This document shows positions 55,104-64,000 of a stretch of 64,000 nt of DNA, in pieces. The notes beneath the pieces are model-generated. The model was not told the DNA's origin, ran no database searches, and saw nothing but the letters and a program-made list of their open reading frames with translations. The position numbers and the translations under genes are program-made. The first letter of the stretch is position 1, and every line of letters starts with the position of its first letter. Source of the stretch: Candidatus Woesearchaeota archaeon (GTDB taxonomy: Archaea; Nanobdellota; Nanobdellia; Pacearchaeales; GW2011-AR1); assembly GCA_964514585.1 (NCBI GenBank), contig CAZETU010000001.1:98850-162849 (forward strand), read 5' to 3'.

Positions 55104-56039
55104 CTAATAACAGTAGAAATCTTCCTCTGCAAAATTATTCAATTCAATTCTATAATCATCTCTTATGCTTTTTACTAATTTAGGAAGCTCTTTTTTATCT
55201 TCTGATTTATGATAAGCACTAAAAGAAAGGATGGGTTTAAATTTTTTTATTGTTTCTTCTGCTCCCATTAAGACACTAGATTCAAACCCTTCCGTATCTA
55301 TTTTAATAAAATCAATAACTCCAAAATCGCAATCGTCAACAGCAACCATTTCAACCGGTTCATTATCCCATCCATCAGCACCTATAAATTCTTCACTTAC
55401 TCTACTCCCACCATCACCCATATATCTTGAAGAAACTTTGCCTGTGTAGTTTTTGTCAGCCAATGCTTTTCTAAAGAGTTCTATTTTATCTTGAGCCTGA
55501 TTAAGTTTTATACTCCTTCCCATATTTTTATTAGAAGAGGTTACTGGTTCAAACGCATAAACTTTCTTTGCTCCAAGAAATACACAAAACAAACTGAATG
55601 TTCCCTTATTTGCACCAACATCTATAACTATCTTGCCCTTAATCGTTTTTTTTGATATGTTATATTGATTAGCATATATCACATCATGTATATCCATCAA
55701 TATATCAATAGTTTTTATGCCCCCCGTGTCAAAAATTAAATTTTTCTTATCGTCAAAAACTACCTCAACAAAAAGAATATCTTTATCTAGAATTTTATTT
55801 ATATAAGGAACAAGTTCATATTGCATTTCTGGAGTAATACTAAGTTTCCCAACGGATTTCCTAATTATCCCAATAATCAAGATTTTGAGCATATTAAATT
55901 TATTAAGACCACTCCAATTAGCTTTTAAAATTGATTTAATGCAATTATATTTCAAACTTTCAAAAATTTTATTTATTTGTAATTGTTTAACAATAAAAGT
56001 TTTTTTCTTTGTAGTAAATTTTATCTCTTTAATATCCAT
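55104..56039 (-). CDS. FkbM-family methyltransferase
   Basis: VIDVGANKGTFSLF, IDFIKIDTEGFESSVL. Confidence 0.7.
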   Translation of the reverse strand: MDIKEIKFTTKKKTFIVKQLQINKIFESLKYNCIKSILKANWSGLNKFNMLKILIIGIIRKSVGKLSITPEMQYELVPYINKILDKDILFVEVVFDDKKNLIFDTGGIKTIDILMDIHDVIYANQYNISKKTIKGKIVIDVGANKGTFSLFCVFLGAKKVYAFEPVTSSNKNMGRSIKLNQAQDKIELFRKALADKNYTGKVSSRYMGDGGSRVSEEFIGADGWDNEPVEMVAVDDCDFGVIDFIKIDTEGFESSVLMGAEETIKKFKPILSFSAYHKSEDKKELPKLVKSIRDDYRIELNNFAEEDFYCY

Positions 56040-56083
56040 TTTGTATTATATCCATTTTTTAATCATTTGGTTATTTAAACTTT

Positions 56084-57373
56084 CTATTTCTTTAGAAACT
56101 CTTTTCTCAAATTAAAGAAAACAACTCTACGTGCCTTTGAAATAAGCTTATTACCTCTCAAAAACCTCATCATTTCATAAGGAAGATAATTACCCGACAA
56201 AAGTCTAGTCTTAAATCTATACCAAGTACCTTTATCCTCTATTAGTTCACGAGGATTCCTCATATTTTTACTAATCTCTTTCATTTTTTTATCTATTTCC
56301 TTTTTATCTAAGCCGGGATTTATATCAATTTTTGAAATTCTTTTTTTCCAAAATAAAGGAATATCTTTTATTGAAAGTTTCAAATCAGTTCCATTAGCAT
56401 CTTCAAATCTGTATTTTTCTATTAAAGGATTTATATTCACCCAACCCTCTTTATAATCATCGTAACCATATCTTATTCTTATCTTATTTTCAAAAAATCC
56501 ATTAGGAATAAATAATGGCGGGAAAACTTCTGTAGGGACAGGGAATTCTCCACCTTTGGTATGACTATACCCATCAAAATGTTCACAAATTGGATTTTTT
56601 GGGATAAGAAGTATGTGATTTACTCTTTTCTTTCTCTGTTTTTCATTTCTCCATATTTCCTCAATTCTCTTAAAAATCTCTTCTCCATAATCTTCGGAAA
56701 AAACCATTTGATTAATCAATTTTTTATTAAGTATTTGTAAAGATTGTCCAAAAACCTCTCTGAGGGACACTATAAAATGATATTCTGATTCGTCTATGAT
56801 TTTTGGTTTCAATACCATGCATTTATAGTAAGGAGATTTCCGATCACCCATCCTATACACTTCCAAAAAATGAGAATAAGCAACTGAAACATATCCATGC
56901 CTTTTCGCAATTTCTTTAGCGCTTTTCAAACAAAAATTTAAAGTTTTTTTATCAGGAGCGATAAAAGGATGATCATTATTACCGGCATAAAATACAAAGT
57001 CACCCTTAAGCTTATTGATAAATCTAATTCTTTCTTGAAATTTCTTTTGATTATCACTTCTTCCATAGAAAATATGTGCCCTTGGCCAAAGTTTTTTCAC
57101 AAATTGTTCAAACTCTTTTTTCTTATGAATCAGATCCTCTCCAAGTTCATACACAATAACAACCTCATCCCATTCTATTTCCGCATAACTTGCCAAAGTG
57201 TACGACGTGACATCATATCTATCTTTCGTAGAGTACGCCTTACAGGAGCCCCTTATCATACCCTGTTCAGTACGCATGTCATCCAATAAATTATAGACCC
57301 CGCCAGCCAGCGGAGTATTCGTTATTAAATTATCAAAATAAAGTATCATTGTATAGTCCATATTTGATATCAT
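56084..57373 (-). CDS. hypothetical protein (429 aa) in the glycan island
   Basis: Long uninterrupted ORF with no recognised motif. Confidence 0.5.
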   Translation of the reverse strand: MISNMDYTMILYFDNLITNTPLAGGVYNLLDDMRTEQGMIRGSCKAYSTKDRYDVTSYTLASYAEIEWDEVVIVYELGEDLIHKKKEFEQFVKKLWPRAHIFYGRSDNQKKFQERIRFINKLKGDFVFYAGNNDHPFIAPDKKTLNFCLKSAKEIAKRHGYVSVAYSHFLEVYRMGDRKSPYYKCMVLKPKIIDESEYHFIVSLREVFGQSLQILNKKLINQMVFSEDYGEEIFKRIEEIWRNEKQRKKRVNHILLIPKNPICEHFDGYSHTKGGEFPVPTEVFPPLFIPNGFFENKIRIRYGYDDYKEGWVNINPLIEKYRFEDANGTDLKLSIKDIPLFWKKRISKIDINPGLDKKEIDKKMKEISKNMRNPRELIEDKGTWYRFKTRLLSGNYLPYEMMRFLRGNKLISKARRVVFFNLRKEFLKK

Positions 57374-57489
57374 TTAAAACTATTTCTATTCAATAATATA
57401 ACAATTATCTACCCTCGTTCTCACTATTCTTCAAAACAAAAATATCTATTCTCGTAAAAATTTATATACCTTCTCATACAGTAAAATAT

Positions 57490-58098
57490 ATGGCACTATT
57501 CAAAAGTTTAAATACAAAATTTTTAATCCTAATATCTAAAATTAAAAAAAGCATAAACCCACACACACTTACAAGAGACGATCCATTATATAAAAAATAT
57601 GATATAGGTGAGTTTACTTATGGGGCACCAAGAATAATGGAATACAGCTCAAACAACAAATTAAAAATTGGCAAATTTTGTTCTATTGCAGAAGGTGTCA
57701 ATATCTTTCTTGGGGGAGAGCATAAGGTCCAGAAAATTTCAACATATCCATTTAAAGAAATGTTAGAAATTGGGGAATCTCCAACAGAATTCTCAAGAGG
57801 AGATGTTATAATCGGAAATGATGTTTGGATTGGATATGGCGCAACAATTTTATCTGGTGTAACTATTGGAGACGGCTCAATTGTAGGGGCCAGGGCAGTG
57901 GTTTCCAAACCAGTCCCTCCATATTCTATAGTCGTCGGAAACCCGGGAAATATAATAAAAAAAAGATTCAACGACAAAACAATAAAAGTTTTAACAGAAG
58001 TGCAATGGTGGAACTGGGGTATTGACAAAATCAAAAAAAAAATTAATTTATTCGCAGATAACCCAGAAAAAAACTTAGACAAAATCAAAAAATTATAG
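57490..58098 (+). CDS. hexapeptide-repeat O-acetyltransferase (CatB/Vat-like)
   Basis: IGKFCSIA..., IGNDVWIGYGATILSGVTIGDGSIVGARAVV...VVGNPG. Confidence 0.75.
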   Translation: MALFKSLNTKFLILISKIKKSINPHTLTRDDPLYKKYDIGEFTYGAPRIMEYSSNNKLKIGKFCSIAEGVNIFLGGEHKVQKISTYPFKEMLEIGESPTEFSRGDVIIGNDVWIGYGATILSGVTIGDGSIVGARAVVSKPVPPYSIVVGNPGNIIKKRFNDKTIKVLTEVQWWNWGIDKIKKKINLFADNPEKNLDKIKKL

Positions 58099-58101
58099 TA
58101 A

Positions 58102-59001
58102 TTACTTAAGAAAAAACAATTTCTTTAAAAAAACCTTCAGTAAAATTTTATTAAAAAACTTCCTTGAGTCAGTAGAATTAACTCTCACCTCTCTTGGATG
58201 TATTAAGGGGAATTCTAATTCATATTTTTTTAAACAATAAAATCGGTTATCTATAAAATTACCAGAAGTATGTGTAGAGTCTGGCATAAAGCCAATATTT
58301 TCTATAAGGTTAACTTTCGGTTTTATACACAATCCTCCATTTCTAAAATGTAAGTATCCAAATGAATGATCCCATGAGCCAATCCTTCCTAATAGTCCAT
58401 CTCTAAATGCCTTTCTCACCCAAATTCTTTCAATTGGATTCTTAAATATTTTTTCAAATCGATCAGTTTTTCTATCTTCTAAATAGTCCTTCATATTTTT
58501 GTCTTGGGCAAACCATCTATCTTTCCAAGATGCCCATCCTGTAGGATTAAAATATTTTGAGAAATAATAAGAATCTTTCGTTTTAAATTTTCCCAGAAAA
58601 TTATAACCATTTATACTAACTACTTTAGTATTTTTTTCGTACTTATCTAACATTTCTTCTGAAAATCGAAAAAAACTTTTACTTGGCACACAATCATCCT
58701 CTAGAATTATACCCTTTTTTACATTATTAAAAAACCAATCAACTGCGGAAGAAACACCCATCTTGCAGCCAAGGTTTTTATCCAGAAACCTCGTTTCTAC
58801 CTTACAATCCCAATTTATATTTTTCAAAATATATTTTCTAACAGCATCCGTTTTCTTTTTTTCCTTTTTTGTTCTCGGCCCATCAGCCGCAATAAATATT
58901 TTTTTCGGTTTTTGTGTCGCAATCAAAGAAAATGTTTTTCTTACAACAGCCGGTCTATTGAAGACAACATATAATATGGGCGTTTCGAATTGCTTTTCCA
59001 T
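58102..59001 (-). CDS. GT-A fold glycosyltransferase (GNT-I/HlpA-like family)
   Basis: PILYVVFNRP...IFIAADGPR...NLGCKMGVSSAVDWFF...GIILEDDCVPS. Confidence 0.6.
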   Translation of the reverse strand: MEKQFETPILYVVFNRPAVVRKTFSLIATQKPKKIFIAADGPRTKKEKKKTDAVRKYILKNINWDCKVETRFLDKNLGCKMGVSSAVDWFFNNVKKGIILEDDCVPSKSFFRFSEEMLDKYEKNTKVVSINGYNFLGKFKTKDSYYFSKYFNPTGWASWKDRWFAQDKNMKDYLEDRKTDRFEKIFKNPIERIWVRKAFRDGLLGRIGSWDHSFGYLHFRNGGLCIKPKVNLIENIGFMPDSTHTSGNFIDNRFYCLKKYELEFPLIHPREVRVNSTDSRKFFNKILLKVFLKKLFFLK

Positions 59002-59113
59002 GAAAAATAATAACGAATCACTTTTTTATATTTATGCAGACCCAGATAATAACAGGATATCAGCAATACTTAAAAAGAAGAAAACATCTTTTATTTTATT
59101 CTAAAAGGTAAAT

Positions 59114-60226
59114 TTACTTTAATGCTTCCCTATATATCCTTTCAAGTTTTTCATTACTTTTTTTTACTGAAAATTTCCCATTCTCAATTTCATTTAAACA
59201 ATTAATTGACATCTTCTCTCTCATATGTTTATTTTTTATTAACTTTTCTGCCTTTAATATAACATCTTTTAAAATATCTTCGTGGCACAGGTTCTCGAAA
59301 TCCTCCACCTTCACAACATCACCCAAATTCGAATTTACCACAAACCCCATTTTCCCATCATGTATAATCTCTTCTCTAGACTGTCCCTTTACACAAACAA
59401 CCGGCAAACCAAAACTCATTGCTTCTGTCAGCGGAAATCCAAAAGTGTCTGTAAAAGACGGATAAATGAAAATATCCGCCGAAGGATAAATTTCTTTAAA
59501 CAACTTATCTTGCGGCATCATACTCATAAATTTTATTTTTTTATTACTAGAATATTTATTTAAAATCTCTACCGGAACATCCGAAACAACAATCCCTTCA
59601 ACATTATTATATTTTTTTGTTAATTGGTCTATAGCCTCGGTAGCATAAAATCCTCCTTTAAAATAAAAACTTCTAGATACAAACAATAGTTTTATTTTTT
59701 TTGACCGAATTTTCTGAAATGATTGTGTCGGAATTCCAGGATAAACTACTTCAACTTTATCTCTAACATTAGGAAACATTTCTACAATATCGTCTCGTAC
59801 CCAATTTGTCCAAGCTATAATTTTTTTACAATTAACAGAATCTAAATATTTTGAAACCGTTTTTTTATTTCGTTGACTTACTACATCTGGCGCCGCCCAA
59901 AATTGTTTCGCATATTCCATACTGCAAATCCATGGATGATTATTAAAACTCATACAATGAGCGCAATGTATCAAATCATATTTTTCTGCATTTCTAGTAT
60001 AATGTAAATTTGGCATTGACGGGTATACGGTTCTAATTAAATTTTTTATATACCCCTTCAATTTATAATAAAAATTTTTTTTAGCCCTAGATTGAATTAA
60101 ATCAGAGCTTTGTAAATTAGTATATTTTATTCCAGAGGGAGGAGATTCTCTCAGGAATTTATAATACGGGGAGTCGGAAATTTTCCAAGGCTTTTGTATG
60201 TATACACTTATTCTCTCTTTTCCCAT
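59114..60226 (-). CDS. GT4-family glycosyltransferase
   Basis: TDTFGFPLTEAMSFGLPVV...GKMGFV. Confidence 0.7.
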   Translation of the reverse strand: MGKERISVYIQKPWKISDSPYYKFLRESPPSGIKYTNLQSSDLIQSRAKKNFYYKLKGYIKNLIRTVYPSMPNLHYTRNAEKYDLIHCAHCMSFNNHPWICSMEYAKQFWAAPDVVSQRNKKTVSKYLDSVNCKKIIAWTNWVRDDIVEMFPNVRDKVEVVYPGIPTQSFQKIRSKKIKLLFVSRSFYFKGGFYATEAIDQLTKKYNNVEGIVVSDVPVEILNKYSSNKKIKFMSMMPQDKLFKEIYPSADIFIYPSFTDTFGFPLTEAMSFGLPVVCVKGQSREEIIHDGKMGFVVNSNLGDVVKVEDFENLCHEDILKDVILKAEKLIKNKHMREKMSINCLNEIENGKFSVKKSNEKLERIYREALK

Positions 60227-60861
60227 ATGCCCTCAACAATATGATAACCTGGAATTTTTATCGCCAATCCAAACTTTGGCATTACAACAGGGTAGGTTAT
60301 ACATTTTAATAATTTAAAATCCTTCTTAAATAAATCCAAAAATTCATCCTTATTCCTATACTCTCTTTCATGAGTTGGATCCAAAACAAACTTCCCATTA
60401 TTCCTATATTGATAAATAGCCCACGGTTTTTTTATAACAGAAGAACAATATAGTATACCATCTTTTTTCAAGAGCCTACTCATTTCTTGCACCATTTCTT
60501 TATCAGACGAAACATGTTCAATCACCTGTGAAGCATGAACAAAATCAAATTTCTTCTTTAACTCAGTATTGCAGACATCTTTTACGTAGAACTTATCTTC
60601 AGGAAACCTTTTTTTCAAGCCACCAATCCTCCTCGGAGAAATATCGACCCCAGTAACATCTAACTCAGGAAATTCTTTCTTTGTCGCACAAATTAATATT
60701 CCGTCACCACAACCCAAATCAATCATTGACTTTATGTCATTCTTATCTAATATCCCTCTTATTCTCGGAGGAACTTTCGGGGCAACTACTTTCTGCACAT
60801 ATTTTTCAGAGTAATCCCTATTATTATTCAAAACCATTTGATCCTTTTTCATGCCTATCAA
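60208..60861 (-). CDS. class I SAM-dependent methyltransferase
   Basis: MIDLGCGDGIL motif I. Confidence 0.7.
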   Translation of the reverse strand: MIGMKKDQMVLNNNRDYSEKYVQKVVAPKVPPRIRGILDKNDIKSMIDLGCGDGILICATKKEFPELDVTGVDISPRRIGGLKKRFPEDKFYVKDVCNTELKKKFDFVHASQVIEHVSSDKEMVQEMSRLLKKDGILYCSSVIKKPWAIYQYRNNGKFVLDPTHEREYRNKDEFLDLFKKDFKLLKCITYPVVMPKFGLAIKIPGYHIVEGIWEKRE

Positions 60862-60914
60862 AAGAATAAATCTCTTTTAAATTTATATGAGCTCAATTCT
60901 TCATGATCCAAGAA

Positions 60915-63668
60915 TCAATTAAAACCCAAATCTTCAACCAAAGAAGGTTCAATCTCTAGCTCAACGGTCCCAGTAGATGTAACCGAAGACGAAAATTCCA
61001 AATCATCCATAGCTCCATATATTCTTCCACCCAAGGACTCCTTGAACTCTTCAACAATATTAATATCTCCAGGAATATTTTCAGTGTTCCAAATCTTAAT
61101 AGGCCCCCTAAATCCTTGATAAATGATAAAATCGCCCAAGGCAACCCCCTGACTTCTTAAACTTGCAACAACAGGATTCTCTTCAGTATGCACAAGCTCA
61201 AGAGTTTCATAGTTTCCAAAGGGATCATCCATTAAATATAACTGTGCGAATAAGCTCTTAGAGACCTTCTGAGAAAGATAAATTGCAGCGCCCAGCTGAT
61301 TAATACCCTGTCCATCAAAAGCTGGAACAACATCCACAATCACATCAAGACCACTTCCAAAATCAACAATCTCCCCATTAATATAGATATATCTCACGGG
61401 AATTCGAATCTGAATATTGTTGTAAATATAAATTGCATCAGGTTGTCTCAAGGAATTATCCTCTAAGCTCATAACAATCCCAACAACTGCTGCTTTCCCA
61501 GCAGGTAAAAATATATTCTTACTTCCGTCATTATAAATGATATCCTCAAACAAATAAGAACCCCCAGAAAAAACAATCATGGTTCCATTGGCTGTCTCTC
61601 TAGTCTGCTTAGGGTCATTCATCATTATAGGGATTGCAGAATATCTATCATAAGATTCTTCCCCCTCACCACCACCAATTTTAGAGTAAGCAGGATACTT
61701 GCCCAAGTCAGTCTGATCAATTAATAGATAATCAATATCCATCGTCTTAAAAAAACTAAGAGCCGTTTCGGGATAAGGCGTAGTTAAGACATACCTCCCA
61801 ATTTTATGATTACCCCCATAAATTCCTTGAAAGTGGCCACCATCAGCAACGGTAGCTCTCTGCCCTAGCGTTTCAACCCAATAACCATAATCCCACCAAT
61901 GAGAAAAAACAGCATCATCATTCGTACTATTCCGAACCCACTCCATCGCACCTTGCCACTGTGTATTCGCCGAGGGACCAGTATATTTAGCTTGATTTGA
62001 AATCATAACATATGAAGAATTAATAACTAGCACTGACAAAATAAGTGAAGCAATCAAGCCTCCAGTAATTATAACTCGGATTATTTCATCCCCGCTCTTT
62101 TTCCGCCAATATCTAAACATCGTAATTACAGCATAACTTGCAGAAATACACATAAATGGAGCAATAGCAAAAAACAATCGAGTCGTGGATCTCCCCGTAA
62201 CAAGCACAACAATCATCCAAGAAAACATAACAATAACAAGTGGGTCCACTTTTATCTCTTTATTAAAATAGTTCTTCAAAAAAGCATATGCGAAAAAAGC
62301 AAGTCCACCCAAATAAGCCAATCCACTTAAGCTAAAAATTCCATTTCCATTTAAAATTGAAGTAGAAGAAATTCGACTAAACAAAACACCAAAGGCCATA
62401 GCTAAAAATCCAGCCGATAATAAAATTCTACCCTTTCTAGAAGAAAGATATTTAGAAAACTCAACTGCCAATAAAATTATTCCCAACACAAATAAGAAAA
62501 ACAAAATTCCTCCGGACCCAGCTATCCAATCAGTTAAATATGGCTGAGCATTTTCCGCAACCGTAGTATCTAACCTACCTGCTCCCCAAAGAGGATTCAA
62601 AAGACGATTCAAAACCTGCCATAACAGAGTAAAAAAGTTCTTTCCTATTAATGGAAGCAAAGCAAAGCTAGCTATAATCAATGCTCCAAGCGTATAGAAA
62701 ACACGATATCTTTTATTATAATTTTTTATTTTTATCTTGTTCTCGGCAAAAATTAAAATCCTATCTAAAATAATAAAACCCAAGGTCGCCAAAGTTATGA
62801 TGCCAGTAGAACTCGTAATCCTTCCAATAGTCCCATTAATACCAAGGCCCAATATAGCAGTAAAGACAATACTCGCGAGTAACCAAGCGACATAAAACAA
62901 AATCCCAACATCACCCATTACGTCTTCACGATCCTTTAATTTAAGGACCCAGAATAATAAAAATCCAATTGGAATAATCATAAAGATAAAGGCACTAACT
63001 CCTCCCCATGTAGCAACAGTTAAGGCAGTCAACAACCCAAGAGCAATCCCACAAAGGCCACCCTGCAAAAATTTCCTCTTATCTATTCCATCAAGATATT
63101 TCAACGATAAAGTATAGACCAGCAGTGTTCCAAAAAACGCAATCATTCCAATTGCCTCATGGTCAGAGAATCCAGCCATAGTACGATACAAGTACGAAGG
63201 AATAACCGCCAAGAGCATCGAGGCCAAAATTCCCGCAAACTTAGACTTTGTTAAAGCATAAGCCAAAAAGAAGAAGATGGCCAACCCAATTCCATAAAAG
63301 AAAACAGGGGAAAAAATATCAACAGACTGTAAACTATAATCCCCAAAATTATTCGCAATTTTCCACATTCCAACAACAACTCTAGGCATTATTTCAAGAT
63401 GCCATGGAGTGTTAAAACCAGGCCCCCTCATCTCATCAAATGCAGACAGGTTCCCATCAGTCTCTACAATCGTCTCAGCGACTCTCAAAAAATAATAAGG
63501 ATCAAGCGCTAAAGGAATCTTCTCTCCAGTCGTCGAATCAGTCAACAAATCCCAATTAGAAAGTCTAATAGAAGAACTAATAAACAATATAATCAAAAAA
63601 ATAATAATAGTCGCAGCCCACTGAAGTTTTTTATTTCTTAACAATGCCACGACATCCTTCTTGTTCAT
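60915..63668 (-). CDS. aglB: dolichyl-(mono/di)phosphooligosaccharide-protein glycosyltransferase AglB (STT3 family)
   Basis: 917 aa with about 13 N-terminal TM segments and the WWDYGYW motif (HWWDYGYWVETLG). Confidence 0.9.
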   Translation of the reverse strand: MNKKDVVALLRNKKLQWAATIIIFLIILFISSSIRLSNWDLLTDSTTGEKIPLALDPYYFLRVAETIVETDGNLSAFDEMRGPGFNTPWHLEIMPRVVVGMWKIANNFGDYSLQSVDIFSPVFFYGIGLAIFFFLAYALTKSKFAGILASMLLAVIPSYLYRTMAGFSDHEAIGMIAFFGTLLVYTLSLKYLDGIDKRKFLQGGLCGIALGLLTALTVATWGGVSAFIFMIIPIGFLLFWVLKLKDREDVMGDVGILFYVAWLLASIVFTAILGLGINGTIGRITSSTGIITLATLGFIILDRILIFAENKIKIKNYNKRYRVFYTLGALIIASFALLPLIGKNFFTLLWQVLNRLLNPLWGAGRLDTTVAENAQPYLTDWIAGSGGILFFLFVLGIILLAVEFSKYLSSRKGRILLSAGFLAMAFGVLFSRISSTSILNGNGIFSLSGLAYLGGLAFFAYAFLKNYFNKEIKVDPLVIVMFSWMIVVLVTGRSTTRLFFAIAPFMCISASYAVITMFRYWRKKSGDEIIRVIITGGLIASLILSVLVINSSYVMISNQAKYTGPSANTQWQGAMEWVRNSTNDDAVFSHWWDYGYWVETLGQRATVADGGHFQGIYGGNHKIGRYVLTTPYPETALSFFKTMDIDYLLIDQTDLGKYPAYSKIGGGEGEESYDRYSAIPIMMNDPKQTRETANGTMIVFSGGSYLFEDIIYNDGSKNIFLPAGKAAVVGIVMSLEDNSLRQPDAIYIYNNIQIRIPVRYIYINGEIVDFGSGLDVIVDVVPAFDGQGINQLGAAIYLSQKVSKSLFAQLYLMDDPFGNYETLELVHTEENPVVASLRSQGVALGDFIIYQGFRGPIKIWNTENIPGDINIVEEFKESLGGRIYGAMDDLEFSSSVTSTGTVELEIEPSLVEDLGFN

Positions 63669-63708
63669 ATAATCTTATAATTTATCCATTTAAAAATCTA
63701 TTCTACTC

Positions 63709-64000
63709 TTAACTAATCATCAAAAACGCAATCAATATAAACAAAATCTGAACCGCATGAATCAAATAAGTAACTTTTTTCTCCGTCGCATGTCGTCCTA
63801 AAACATAAATTGCTAAATGCTCAAGCCCATAAATTTTATCATAAAGCATAGCCAAAGTCCCATCTTTCCTAGGCTTCCCAAAAGAATGATTTTGTAAACC
63901 ACCCCGAGCCTTCAATAAAATCTCAGCAATATATGGAATAAAAACAACAACAGCAACCTTCTCGAAATTACCCAAAATAGCCATAGCAGCAACTAAAGCT
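63709..64000 (-). CDS. GT4-family polyprenyl-phosphate sugar-1-phosphate transferase (AglH/MraY-like), C-terminal part; continues beyond the window
   Basis: The frame is open to base 64000. Hydrophobic C-terminal segments. Adjacent to aglB. Confidence 0.5.
   Translation of the reverse strand, partial: ALVAAMAILGNFEKVAVVVFIPYIAEILLKARGGLQNHSFGKPRKDGTLAMLYDKIYGLEHLAIYVLGRHATEKKVTYLIHAVQILFILIAFLMIS

Overview
This is an AT-rich archaeal chromosome segment. Archaeal markers include ribosomal proteins L18e and L21e, RNA polymerase subunits D, F and N, an STT3/AglB oligosaccharyltransferase with WWDYG, and a tRNA with a 41-nt intron at 37/38. The gene content and small proteins resemble a reduced DPANN-type genome, but I cannot assign lineage without a search.

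Layout:
- 1-2.4 kb: a PRC-barrel gene, tRNA-Ser and a large surface protein.
- 2.5-8.5 kb: small wHTH and membrane proteins, an HNH zinc-finger protein and a XerA-type tyrosine recombinase. These sit among unusually long, motif-dense non-coding stretches.
- 8.5-13 kb: secreted, sequon-rich surface proteins and one truncated paralog.
- 13.0-15.4 kb: an odd arginine-rich gene set plus a serine-recombinase-type Recombinase domain that lacks a catalytic domain.
- 15.4-20.3 kb: the conserved operon rps13-rps4-rps11-rpoD-(tRNA-Leu)-rpl18e-X-rpl13-rps9, plus rpl21e-rpoF-DUF655, all on the minus strand.
- 20.9-26.0 kb: a MacB/FtsX-type ABC transporter module.
- 26.2-28.0 kb: rpoN, the 5S rRNA, tRNA-Arg and tRNA-Leu, with several partial duplications.
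- 28.2-32.0 kb: a probable integrated element (AAA ATPase, nuclease-like gene, tyrosine integrase) abutting an intron-containing tRNA-Gly.
- 32.6-35.1 kb: secF and secD.
- 35.1-60.9 kb: a compositionally mosaic glycan-biosynthesis island, ending at aglB (60.9-63.7 kb) and a partial AglH-like gene.

I found no CRISPR array and no 16S or 23S rRNA.

Main hunt results:
- A hybrid 5S/rpoN junction sequence.
- A repeated two-hairpin module with compensatory changes at gene 3' ends.
- Inverted arrays of CTCACTTTT boxes and other repeated motifs around 3.6-7.7 kb.
- Three disrupted genes in the glycan island, including one split by a C9 tract. The island looks like a non-canonical NDP-heptose or CDP-alcohol pathway.
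- rpoN displaced from rps9 in a way an inversion would explain.

I did not see a single clear-cut novel system. All functional calls rest on motif recognition by eye and need database confirmation.
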